Of a stretch of DNA of 64,000 nucleotides, positions 56,764 through 64,000 are shown one piece after another. A model generated the notes under the pieces. It was not told the DNA's origin. It ran no database searches and saw nothing but the letters and a program-made list of their open reading frames with translations. The stretch is from NCBI GenBank assembly GCA_964592745.1, contig CAZQFL010000004.1, forward strand, positions 16,041 to 80,040, written 5' to 3'. Source of the DNA: an uncultured Desulfurococcaceae archaeon (GTDB lineage: Archaea > Thermoproteota > Thermoprotei_A > Sulfolobales > NBVN01). Position 1 is the stretch's first letter. Each line of letters starts with the position of its first letter. The position numbers and the translations under genes are program-made.

Positions 56764-58224
56764 TCACCTTATGAGTAGGACTACTAAGTCATTAACGTTA
56801 GTCCCTGTAGGCCCCGTATATATCGTGCTACTTAGTTTGCTTAGTATTGTGTATGAATCATTTCTTTCTAAATAATCGTTAGGGTCTAAATTCATGGATA
56901 AAGCATTTGAGTATGTTTCACCATCAACTATAGCACCTGCTGCATCACTTACACCATCCTTTCCGTCTGAGCCTATCGAAGCTAGCACTACATCCTTTAA
57001 TCCCTTAGCGTGAATTGAAAATGATAAAGCTAATTCCTGATTCCTACCACCAATACCCTCACCCTTAACTGTTACTGTCGTTTCTCCTCCCAAGAGTATC
57101 GCTAATGGTGTTTTGAAATACTTGCCATACTTACGTATGTGCTTAGCAATGCTAGCTAAGAATTTACCAACCTCTCTTGCCTCACCCTCCATCATTGAGG
57201 TTAGTATCAACGCTTCATACCCTAATTCTTTAGCCTTTCTCGCCATAGCTTCTAAACTTATAACATTACTAGCTACAACGACATTAATGACGTTCTCAAA
57301 AACTTTATCACCAGGTTTCGGTGTCTCCTCAATCTCGCCTTTCATACCTTTAGTAATTATTTCCTTAACACTTTGAGGTATACTTTCCCAGATACCTCTT
57401 CTCTTAAGGATTTTATACGCATCATTGAAGGTTGTTGGATCAGGTGCCGTAGGTCCTGACGCTATGGCTTCTAAAGGATCTCCGACTACATCCGATATAA
57501 TTAATGCTATCACTTTAGCAGGAGAGATTATCCTAGCTAATCTACCTCCTTTAACACTGCTTACATGCTTTCTAACAGCATTTATTTCGTATATGTCAGC
57601 TCCAGACTTTAGTAATAACTCATTAAGTTTTGATAAATCATTTAATGTAATGGGTTCTAAGGGCTTCTCAAAAAGTGCTGAACCACCACCTGATATTAGT
57701 ACTATGACTATGTCTTCTCTACCGACGTTTTCCTTAATGTAATTTAAAAGTTTAATTGAGGAATTAATTGTATCTGTACCAGGTATAGGGTGATTGCCTA
57801 GAACAACCTCAATATTTCCATACCTACCTATCCATTCAGGATTATGAGTTATCACTATACCTCCACGAACTTTATCACCAAGTCTCTCAATAACACCTTT
57901 AAGCATTTTGTAAGAGGCTTTACCGAAGCCTACAACGTGTATGTTACCTTTAATTTTAAGACATGACCCTTTTACACATAAGAAATCATCGTTTCTTAAA
58001 CTTAAGGTATTCTTCACTGTTGCTTCTGGATCGGCAGCTCTAAGACCCTCCTCAAGTATTAGTAATGCATGCCTCCACAATACCTTCCTTGATAGGTCAT
58101 TGAAATTCTTTATAATCATGAACCCCTCCCCTAACCTCTCCTTTTCAGAAATATGGTCAGAGTCAAATATAAAATTAATGCATTGGAGGTACTCCCATAT
58201 ATGTTTAATCCTAGGTATTAACAC
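56764..58224 (-). CDS. glycerate 2-kinase (MOFRL family: DUF4147 + MOFRL domains)
   Basis: LISGGGSALFE and GGETTVTVKGEGIGGRNQELALS are MOFRL hallmarks. The tracked start is probably too long. The internal Met at 58119 (MIIKNF...) is preceded by a GGAGG-like/G-rich stretch and a TATA-like box. Confidence 0.8.
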   Translation of the reverse strand: MLIPRIKHIWEYLQCINFIFDSDHISEKERLGEGFMIIKNFNDLSRKVLWRHALLILEEGLRAADPEATVKNTLSLRNDDFLCVKGSCLKIKGNIHVVGFGKASYKMLKGVIERLGDKVRGGIVITHNPEWIGRYGNIEVVLGNHPIPGTDTINSSIKLLNYIKENVGREDIVIVLISGGGSALFEKPLEPITLNDLSKLNELLLKSGADIYEINAVRKHVSSVKGGRLARIISPAKVIALIISDVVGDPLEAIASGPTAPDPTTFNDAYKILKRRGIWESIPQSVKEIITKGMKGEIEETPKPGDKVFENVINVVVASNVISLEAMARKAKELGYEALILTSMMEGEAREVGKFLASIAKHIRKYGKYFKTPLAILLGGETTVTVKGEGIGGRNQELALSFSIHAKGLKDVVLASIGSDGKDGVSDAAGAIVDGETYSNALSMNLDPNDYLERNDSYTILSKLSSTIYTGPTGTNVNDLVVLLIR

Positions 58225-58287
58225 ACCACTTAATTCTCAAACTTATCCAATATAGGGTAGACTTAATACTCTTAATGTAAGTTATAA

Positions 58288-58518
58288 GTGATGCCACACA
58301 TTCCCAATATTGATGAGGTGCTTGATTGGTTAAGAAGTAAGAAGGTTAGGTTCATAAATGCTAGGAGGCTTGCTAGAGCATTTAAGATAAGTTCAAAATC
58401 TGCTGGTCATGTACTGAGAAAACTTAAGGAATTAGGCTATATAAGCATACACAAGAAGCGAAGAGGTAGATTTACCATATATAGAGTTAATGACGCTATT
58501 CTGAAGAAGTATAAGTAA
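58288..58518 (+). CDS. small winged-helix DNA-binding protein
   Basis: 76 aa. ARRLARAFKISSKSAGHVLRKLKELGYISIHKKRRGRFTIYRV is an HTH plus beta-wing pattern. GTG start. Confidence 0.5.
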   Translation: MMPHIPNIDEVLDWLRSKKVRFINARRLARAFKISSKSAGHVLRKLKELGYISIHKKRRGRFTIYRVNDAILKKYK

Positions 58519-58546
58519 GGTCTAAAGAACTCCAGCATTTAGAGGC

Positions 58547-60085
58547 TTAGCACGATGTAGACTTACTTATGCTAAGCTCCTTGTACTTAAAATCATGGAG
58601 AGAGTTAATGACTTCCTCAGCCTTAGCAAGAACCTTATCTATGAATGTATTTAGTAATCTACGAATTAATGCGTACTTCATTCCACTTATATAGAATTTC
58701 TCCATAATATCTTTAGCCCAGAATACTGTATGATATAATGCTGCCTTAAGTGCTTCTACGTGTTCTCTAGTTACTTTAACTCTTGCTATAATGTTCTTCT
58801 CACCCTTAAGGCCTCCCATGGGTACAAAGAACATTGGCACTATTATTGATCTATAAGGTTTTAATCTCTCAATAAGTTCTACGGTTTTCATCACATCATC
58901 AGGAGTCTCACTAGGAAGGTTTAGTATGAATGTTGCTGCAGGTATTATTCTATAATCATGCATTATAGCAAAAGCCTCCTCAACTATCTCAGGCCATCTT
59001 TCGGGAGGATAGGGTGCTGACTTAGCAGGCATTATTATTTTTGCTAATCTTGGTGATCCCGTCTCTATACCTACCTCAACGCCCAAGTGATTTTGTGATG
59101 ACTTAGAATAAATCATGTCCATAAGCTTACCTATAATTCTTCCATTCCCCTCAGCTACGACTATTGCTGCAAGTGAAGCGTGAGCCCACGCTATATTGTT
59201 GAAATACTTAAGAAATACCTCATGGAGTTTCAATAGAGGTTTCTCCTGAGGAATTACACCTTTAGCGCCATAAAGTAATACATCCTCCGAATGTATTATT
59301 CCATGTTTTATGCCAGCCTTAACATTTACAATAATCTCTTTTTCAATCTTTTCGAGAGGTATATATCTCAGTGGTCTCAGGGTTACACTACAGAATTTAC
59401 ATCCCCTAGGACAACCCCTCATTACTTCTATCAAACCATTTACACTAGCACCCTTAATGATAGGTATCTCCTCAATTCTAGGTACGTCATTAGGACCTAC
59501 ATATATGTACCTAGGTAGCTCATCGTTATTAAGTATTTTATGTGCTATATCTTTGATAATAAGCTCAGCCTCACCATCCACTACAGTATCAACACCCCAC
59601 TTCTCCCATAGTTCAGGTTCCCAAAGCCACTGCCAAGCCGCTGGTCCGCCAACTATTATCTTAAAATTGTACTTTCTCTTCAGAGCTGCTATCTTTTCCA
59701 TAAGCCTCATTAAGGATTTTCTATTCACTGGTTCTTTACCGGTTATTAACCACCATTCAGATGATGGTGGACCATACGCGAAGAAATCATGATGACCTAT
59801 TAAAATCGCCTTAGCTTGTCTTACATACTTATCTATGTGATCAGGGTCTATTACTGCAGCATTGAATCCTGCATCAATTAATGCTGCCTCTACCTTCCTT
59901 AACCCATAAGGAGCAACTACAGGTTTACCCTCATCATCAACTCTAGGTTTAGGACAGCATATATAATACCAGAGACTTTCAGGAAGAAAGTATGCAGGAC
60001 CTGTTGCAAGGAATCCGAGAAATTCTTTACCGTGATGATCCGTCATCATGGTTCTGTCTGTAGTCAGTATGAAGTCGTAAGGCAT
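58547..60085 (-). CDS. B12-binding-domain/radical SAM protein (archaeal MJ_1487/MJ_0865-like group), function unknown
   Basis: 512 aa. An N-terminal Rossmann-like region (ILIGHHDFF...IIVGGP), then VMRGCPRGCKFCSV (CX3CX2C). Confidence 0.7.
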   Translation of the reverse strand: MPYDFILTTDRTMMTDHHGKEFLGFLATGPAYFLPESLWYYICCPKPRVDDEGKPVVAPYGLRKVEAALIDAGFNAAVIDPDHIDKYVRQAKAILIGHHDFFAYGPPSSEWWLITGKEPVNRKSLMRLMEKIAALKRKYNFKIIVGGPAAWQWLWEPELWEKWGVDTVVDGEAELIIKDIAHKILNNDELPRYIYVGPNDVPRIEEIPIIKGASVNGLIEVMRGCPRGCKFCSVTLRPLRYIPLEKIEKEIIVNVKAGIKHGIIHSEDVLLYGAKGVIPQEKPLLKLHEVFLKYFNNIAWAHASLAAIVVAEGNGRIIGKLMDMIYSKSSQNHLGVEVGIETGSPRLAKIIMPAKSAPYPPERWPEIVEEAFAIMHDYRIIPAATFILNLPSETPDDVMKTVELIERLKPYRSIIVPMFFVPMGGLKGEKNIIARVKVTREHVEALKAALYHTVFWAKDIMEKFYISGMKYALIRRLLNTFIDKVLAKAEEVINSLHDFKYKELSISKSTSC

Positions 60086-60171
60086 TCCAACACCTATAGA
60101 AAGGTTTCAAGACTGTTAAAATAAAAGTTTAGTTAGAAAGTATTGTAGGGTCTGAAGTACTAGAGTAAATA

Positions 60172-61119
60172 ATGGGTGATTTAACGCTCATGAGTAGCGC
60201 ATTTGAGAACCCTTGCGAAGGTGATATCATAATACTTAACGACTCAAGTTTATGGATCGTTAAAGGATGTTTTCATCCGATAGGTTATATCATAGCACTG
60301 CCAAGAATTATTAATGGAAGAAAGGTAAAGAAGTTAAAGGATATGTATAAAATTATTACAAGATACTATACACATTTCCTAAGGTACATTCCAGAATTAG
60401 GTCTTAAAGCTCCCTTAGTGCCTAGAAAATTTGTAAGAACATTTTACCATGCCTTAAGTACTAAGTGTGTTAAGGGTCTAAATAAACTACATGACATCTG
60501 TAGGGAACTATTAGACATTATTGAGGGTAGCTGTAATACCGAGTGTGGCATTACGGGTTCACTTCTTGGCGGATATTACATTGATAGTTCAGATATAGAT
60601 TTGATATGTTTAGATAGACCCAAGCTATATGATTGTTTATTGAAATTACGAAGCGAAGGTGTGTTGCTGCCTCTCACGGAGGAAGTGTTTAGTAGTGAAC
60701 TTATTGAAGTAAGTGAAGGATTAGATACAAAAACTCACCTCAAATTAATTACTCATAAGGTCCTTCAAGGTATTTATAAGGGCTATCGCTACACATTACG
60801 CATAATTAATTGTTCAAGATTAAACAATTATTTGGGTCCATATGATTATGTACTGAGAGCACCTAAAGCTATACTTAAAGTTGTTACCACGGATTACAGA
60901 ACCCCCTCAATATTTATTGTTGACATCATTAAGTTACCATTGGGTGAATATATCATACGTAATAGGGGTAAGTCGTTATGTATATCTCATAGGCTAAGGT
61001 ATACGGAAATACCGGTAGGTGCATTAATGATGGTAAGTAACGCGTTAATTATGATTAAGAGAAATGTTGTCATATTTAATCTCGATTTTTCTGATCATGT
61101 TATCGTAATTATTCCATAA
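60172..61119 (+). CDS. Pol-beta-superfamily nucleotidyltransferase-domain protein (archaeal, ~315 aa)
   Basis: Central GITGSLLGGYYIDSSDIDLICLD (G-S...D-x-D NTase signature) flanked by unassigned N- and C-terminal domains. Confidence 0.55.
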   Translation: MGDLTLMSSAFENPCEGDIIILNDSSLWIVKGCFHPIGYIIALPRIINGRKVKKLKDMYKIITRYYTHFLRYIPELGLKAPLVPRKFVRTFYHALSTKCVKGLNKLHDICRELLDIIEGSCNTECGITGSLLGGYYIDSSDIDLICLDRPKLYDCLLKLRSEGVLLPLTEEVFSSELIEVSEGLDTKTHLKLITHKVLQGIYKGYRYTLRIINCSRLNNYLGPYDYVLRAPKAILKVVTTDYRTPSIFIVDIIKLPLGEYIIRNRGKSLCISHRLRYTEIPVGALMMVSNALIMIKRNVVIFNLDFSDHVIVIIP

Positions 61120-61188
61120 TCTATAAAAGTTTCAGTACTAGCAGAAGTAGTAGTTTAGAATAGAGTATCGGGTGTCATGAAATGGTAA

Positions 61189-61944
61189 TTGGATAACATG
61201 TATGCTCCCCAATTAGGTGAGAATGTGAATTTAAAGAGAAGAAGGATTAAAGCATATGTTGATGTGATAAGTGAATTAGTACTTAGCGAGAACCCTAGTA
61301 GGGAATTAGCTATTAAGTTAATTAAGGATAGACTTGAGTCTGAGGGTATTGAACCATTTAGAGGAGCCTCAAAACCTGATGATATATATGAGAAGGAATT
61401 AATTAGTCTATACATAATAGCTAGTAAGGGTTTAGGCATAAAGGAAGATTATCCAGACGTCTTTAATAAGGTATTTACCGAGGAAATGAGATATGAGATA
61501 GCTGTAAACATTCTTAACTCTAACAAAGATAAAAAACACATTAGAGGTCACATTCTAGAACTATTCAATGGAAGTATCGATGGGTCAGTAATAGCAAAGA
61601 TACTTAGATTTGCCGTAACTCTCTACTACCTGAATTTTGAGGATCATAAATTCGTTATTAACACCATTAGAAGATTTTATGAAGTATTTCCTGAACATGA
61701 AGACACCATTAGAAGATTTACTAAATTCTTTATTGCCATAAAAATAGCTGAGGACATAGCTTTAGGTTCAATAAAGAATAGAATCGATAAGGAAATAGTG
61801 AAGCAATTAATATCTCTAGAAACTGGAGTACCTAAATCAACACCTTCTGATGACTATGTCGCTAAGGTAGCTAAAGTAGTTTACGACATACCTCAGAAAG
61901 TCTTAGATAGTATACTAATGGGGAAGACCTCACCTAAGACGTAA
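61189..61944 (+). CDS. hypothetical all-helical protein
   Basis: 251-aa ORF with good coding appearance and no recognisable motifs. Confidence 0.45.
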   Translation: MDNMYAPQLGENVNLKRRRIKAYVDVISELVLSENPSRELAIKLIKDRLESEGIEPFRGASKPDDIYEKELISLYIIASKGLGIKEDYPDVFNKVFTEEMRYEIAVNILNSNKDKKHIRGHILELFNGSIDGSVIAKILRFAVTLYYLNFEDHKFVINTIRRFYEVFPEHEDTIRRFTKFFIAIKIAEDIALGSIKNRIDKEIVKQLISLETGVPKSTPSDDYVAKVAKVVYDIPQKVLDSILMGKTSPKT

Positions 61945-62019
61945 TAAAACATTATTGGTTATTGCTGTTTCATTATGGTTTTTAATAGGCCCTATCTAAA
62001 CGTCATTAGGGTGTGGTAG

Positions 62020-62280
62020 ATGCTTAAGGCAAGTAGAGATGCAGTATATTACGTAAGTAAGGGTGATAGGGAATTTATAGCTGAAGTACTAAGAACTCCT
62101 GATGGCAAAGCCTTTGTAGCTTTGCATATGACATTTAATGGTAAGTATAAGAAGGGTGAAGAAGAGAAGGAGTGGAACTTACTTGAGTTGGAGCAGTTTA
62201 GGGAAATTAAGGATGTTAAAGTTGATTACATGTCATTACCTCCGGATGTTAGAAGGGCTATATCTATGGTCCTTAGATAA
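62020..62280 (+). CDS. hypothetical small protein
   Basis: 86-aa ORF, unopposed on the other strand, no recognisable motifs. Confidence 0.4.
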   Translation: MLKASRDAVYYVSKGDREFIAEVLRTPDGKAFVALHMTFNGKYKKGEEEKEWNLLELEQFREIKDVKVDYMSLPPDVRRAISMVLR

Positions 62281-62329
62281 TAACTTATATAGTGTTAATA
62301 AGGTATAGATTAGATAAGGCATTTAAAGG

Positions 62330-62352
62330 CACCCTCAAAGTTTCTGAGGGTG
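62330..62352 (+). promoter_or_regulatory. perfect 8-bp hairpin (CACCCTCA-aagtttc-TGAGGGTG) immediately upstream of the aminotransferase frame
   Basis: Read directly. A TATA-like ATTTAAAG at 62321-62328 abuts it, and an ATG-TAA start-stop pair follows at 62353-62358. Confidence 0.35.
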
Positions 62353-62353
62353 A

Positions 62354-63586
62354 TGTAAATCGTCAGGTGCTTCACCAACACTTAATTATCGATCAATAAT
62401 ACCCTCATTACTTGGTGAACAGGCATTCATATACATTGCTAAAGCTAAGGAATTACAGAGTAAGGGGTTTAACGTAATAAGTTTTGGTGTAGGTCAACCA
62501 GATATACCAACATTTGACCACATTATTGAAGCAGCTAAGGAGGCCCTTGACCAGAGATTCACTGGTTATACAGAAACCCCAGGTATAGGTGAGTTAAGAG
62601 AAGCTATAGCCGAATACCTTAATGAAAGGTATGGTAGTGATGTTAAACCAAGCGAAGTCATAGTTACTCCAGGTGCTAAAGGTGCTATATTCCTGGCAAT
62701 ATCTTCCTATCTATCGCCCGGTGATGAAATAATAGTTCCTGAGCCATCATATCCAGCATATCCTGAAGTAGCTAAATTTATCGGAGCTAAGGTTAAATTT
62801 ATACCACTTAAGTGGTTAGGCCCTGATAGAGGCTTTGCTTTAGATATTGATGCTATCAGAAATTCTATAAGTAGTAAAACAAAAATGATAGTAATAAATA
62901 ACCCTCATAATCCGACGGGTGCACTATTTACTCCTAAGGAAGTTAATGAAATAATGAATATTGCTAAAGAATATAATATTTTAGTATTAGTTGATGAAAT
63001 ATATGATAACTTCATATATGGAGCTGAGTTCAAATCATTCATGACGTTCCCTGAATGGAGAGATTACATACTCTACATTAATGGATTCTCAAAAACATTC
63101 TCAATGACTGGTTGGCGACTAGGATATCTAGTAGTTCGTGAGGATGTGGCCTCTAAACTAACTAAATTAGCTGTTAATATATGGTCATGTCCAACATCAT
63201 TTGCACAGAAAGCCGCGATTAAGGCTTTAAAAGGGTCATGGGAGCCTGTTAAGTCAATGATAGAGTTGTTTAGGAAGAGGAGAGACTTAATTGTTAAGAG
63301 ACTCAGGGAAATACCGGGATTTGAGGTATGGCCTAGTAAAGGAGCTTTCTACGTATTCCCAAGGATTAAGAAGATACTTGATGAAACGGGAATGAGTGTT
63401 GAAGAATTCGTTGAAGACATACTATACAATGAATACGTAGTCACATTACCAGGTACAGCGTTCCCAGACAAGGCAGGTAAGGAATTCATTAGATTAAGTT
63501 TCGCCACTAGTTTTGAGGCGATAGAGGAGGGTACTAAGAGAATAAGAAAAGGTGTTGAGAGGATATTAAGTAGGTATAAAAAGTAA
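62354..63586 (+). CDS. class I/II PLP aminotransferase (aspartate aminotransferase-like); start codon unresolved, possibly a pseudogene
   Basis: The tracked ORF (62885..63586) begins mid-protein (NNPHNPTG, then FSKTFSMTGWRLGY with the PLP Lys). The same frame is open back to 62354 and encodes the expected N-terminal half (GFNVISFGVGQPDIPTFDH..., GYTETPGIGELREAIAEY, VTPGAKGAIF). It contains no in-frame ATG, GTG or TTG before 62885. Confidence 0.65.
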   Translation, partial: CKSSGASPTLNYRSIIPSLLGEQAFIYIAKAKELQSKGFNVISFGVGQPDIPTFDHIIEAAKEALDQRFTGYTETPGIGELREAIAEYLNERYGSDVKPSEVIVTPGAKGAIFLAISSYLSPGDEIIVPEPSYPAYPEVAKFIGAKVKFIPLKWLGPDRGFALDIDAIRNSISSKTKMIVINNPHNPTGALFTPKEVNEIMNIAKEYNILVLVDEIYDNFIYGAEFKSFMTFPEWRDYILYINGFSKTFSMTGWRLGYLVVREDVASKLTKLAVNIWSCPTSFAQKAAIKALKGSWEPVKSMIELFRKRRDLIVKRLREIPGFEVWPSKGAFYVFPRIKKILDETGMSVEEFVEDILYNEYVVTLPGTAFPDKAGKEFIRLSFATSFEAIEEGTKRIRKGVERILSRYKK

Positions 63587-63646
63587 TCTTCTTCCTGAAG
63601 CTACATAAAGAAATGTATTGATTTTTTAATTACTCAACTAAATTAC

Positions 63647-63707
63647 TTATGGATGAAGAACGCCGTCGCTACTGAGCAAATGCAATGATTGAAGAATCCC
63701 CGGCTGA
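63647..63707 (+). ncRNA. candidate C/D-box sRNA (copy c)
   Basis: TTATGG, then AUGAAGA (63653-63659), 12 nt, CUGA (63672-63675), 9 nt, AUGAUUG (63685-63691), 12 nt, CUGA (63704-63707). The GC-rich 12-mers stand out in an AT-rich spacer. TATA-like ATTTTTTAAT at 63621-63630. Confidence 0.4.
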
Positions 63708-63797
63708 CGCACCCTCTACAGTTCATGAATAATTAAGTATAAACAACTAACATTAAGATTTCATAGTATACTATGCATTTTAATTATGCTTCCCTGC

Positions 63798-63974
63798 TTA
63801 AGCTATGACAACTCTTCTAATTCTATACTTGAAGTATTGTCTTGGTCCAGCATTCTTTAAGAGTTCCATTATGGCCTTTCTTATGGCATCCGATCTAGTC
63901 ATACCATTCCTCATAGCGTATTTATCAAGCTCTTCAAGAAGTCTTTCATCCATTTTGAATGTAACTACCCTCAT
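63798..63974 (-). CDS. ribbon-helix-helix (CopG family) protein, 58 aa (below the ORF-track length cut-off)
   Basis: Hand translation gives [58 protein letters not shown]-stop. It parallels RVVTFKIDEELLERLDMLAMKLGIPRSELIREAI of 11699..11962. Confidence 0.6.
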   Translation of the reverse strand: MRVVTFKMDERLLEELDKYAMRNGMTRSDAIRKAIMELLKNAGPRQYFKYRIRRVVIA

Positions 63975-64000
63975 CGATTATCCCATGCATCAATCCTTTC

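Noticed and set aside
1-64000. CRISPR arrays, IS elements/transposases, rRNA genes
   Set aside because: No regularly spaced direct repeats, terminal inverted repeats bracketing a transposase-like ORF, or rRNA-like conserved stretches were seen on either strand. This is a visual scan only, not an exhaustive computation.

Overview
This is an AT-rich, densely packed archaeal chromosomal segment of about 65 genes. The gene content points to a thermophilic crenarchaeon. Supporting genes are the AGOG 8-oxoguanine glycosylase, archaeal-type TyrRS, AlaX and MOFRL glycerate 2-kinase. Solute-binding proteins are membrane-anchored through Thr/Ser/Pro-rich linkers, and TATA-like boxes sit about 26 nt upstream of start points. 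The species cannot be assigned without a database search.

Content, left to right:
- D-aminoacylase paralogs, a CPA2 antiporter, AlaX, a GltP-type symporter and threonine synthase.
- AGOG, TyrRS and an AmmeMemoRadiSam-type radical SAM enzyme.
- A threonine-synthase-like/wHTH fusion, a Nudix hydrolase and a Liv-type branched-chain amino-acid ABC operon.
- Two paralogous three-subunit molybdenum hydroxylase (xanthine dehydrogenase/CoxLMS family) operons in inverted orientation. They flank GTP-PEPCK and a dihydroorotase-like amidohydrolase.
- pyrB, an aminotransferase and a nikR-like/feoB/feoA/feoA operon.
- A NicX-like, hydantoin-racemase x2 and DUF917 cluster joined to a Dpp/Opp-type ABC transporter.
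- tRNA-Val(UAC), followed by a badly decayed surface-protein pseudogene.
- A translationally coupled HD-HD-radical SAM operon, a processive GT2 glycosyltransferase and glycerate 2-kinase.
- A B12-type radical SAM enzyme next to a Pol-beta-type nucleotidyltransferase, and an aminotransferase with no canonical start codon.

I saw no CRISPR array, transposase, integrase or rRNA.

Most interesting observations:
1. A ThrC paralog has lost its PLP lysine and other PLP contacts and is fused to a wHTH domain. It is probably a ligand-sensing pseudoenzyme regulator.
2. The uncharacterised HD-HD-radical SAM operon lies in the disturbed region downstream of tRNA-Val.
3. The racemase/DUF917/NicX-like/ABC locus may be a catabolic module.
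4. A 91-nt perfectly identical inverted tract sits inside the two otherwise diverged FAD-subunit paralogs. This indicates gene conversion and possible inversion.
5. Three intergenic C/D-box-like sRNA candidates share a TTATGGATGA 5' motif.
6. A 62-aa ORF carries a ten-cysteine CX3C ladder.
7. Two genes have main reading frames that lack any ATG/GTG/TTG start.

All calls rest on reading the translations and the DNA by eye. No searches or computations were run.
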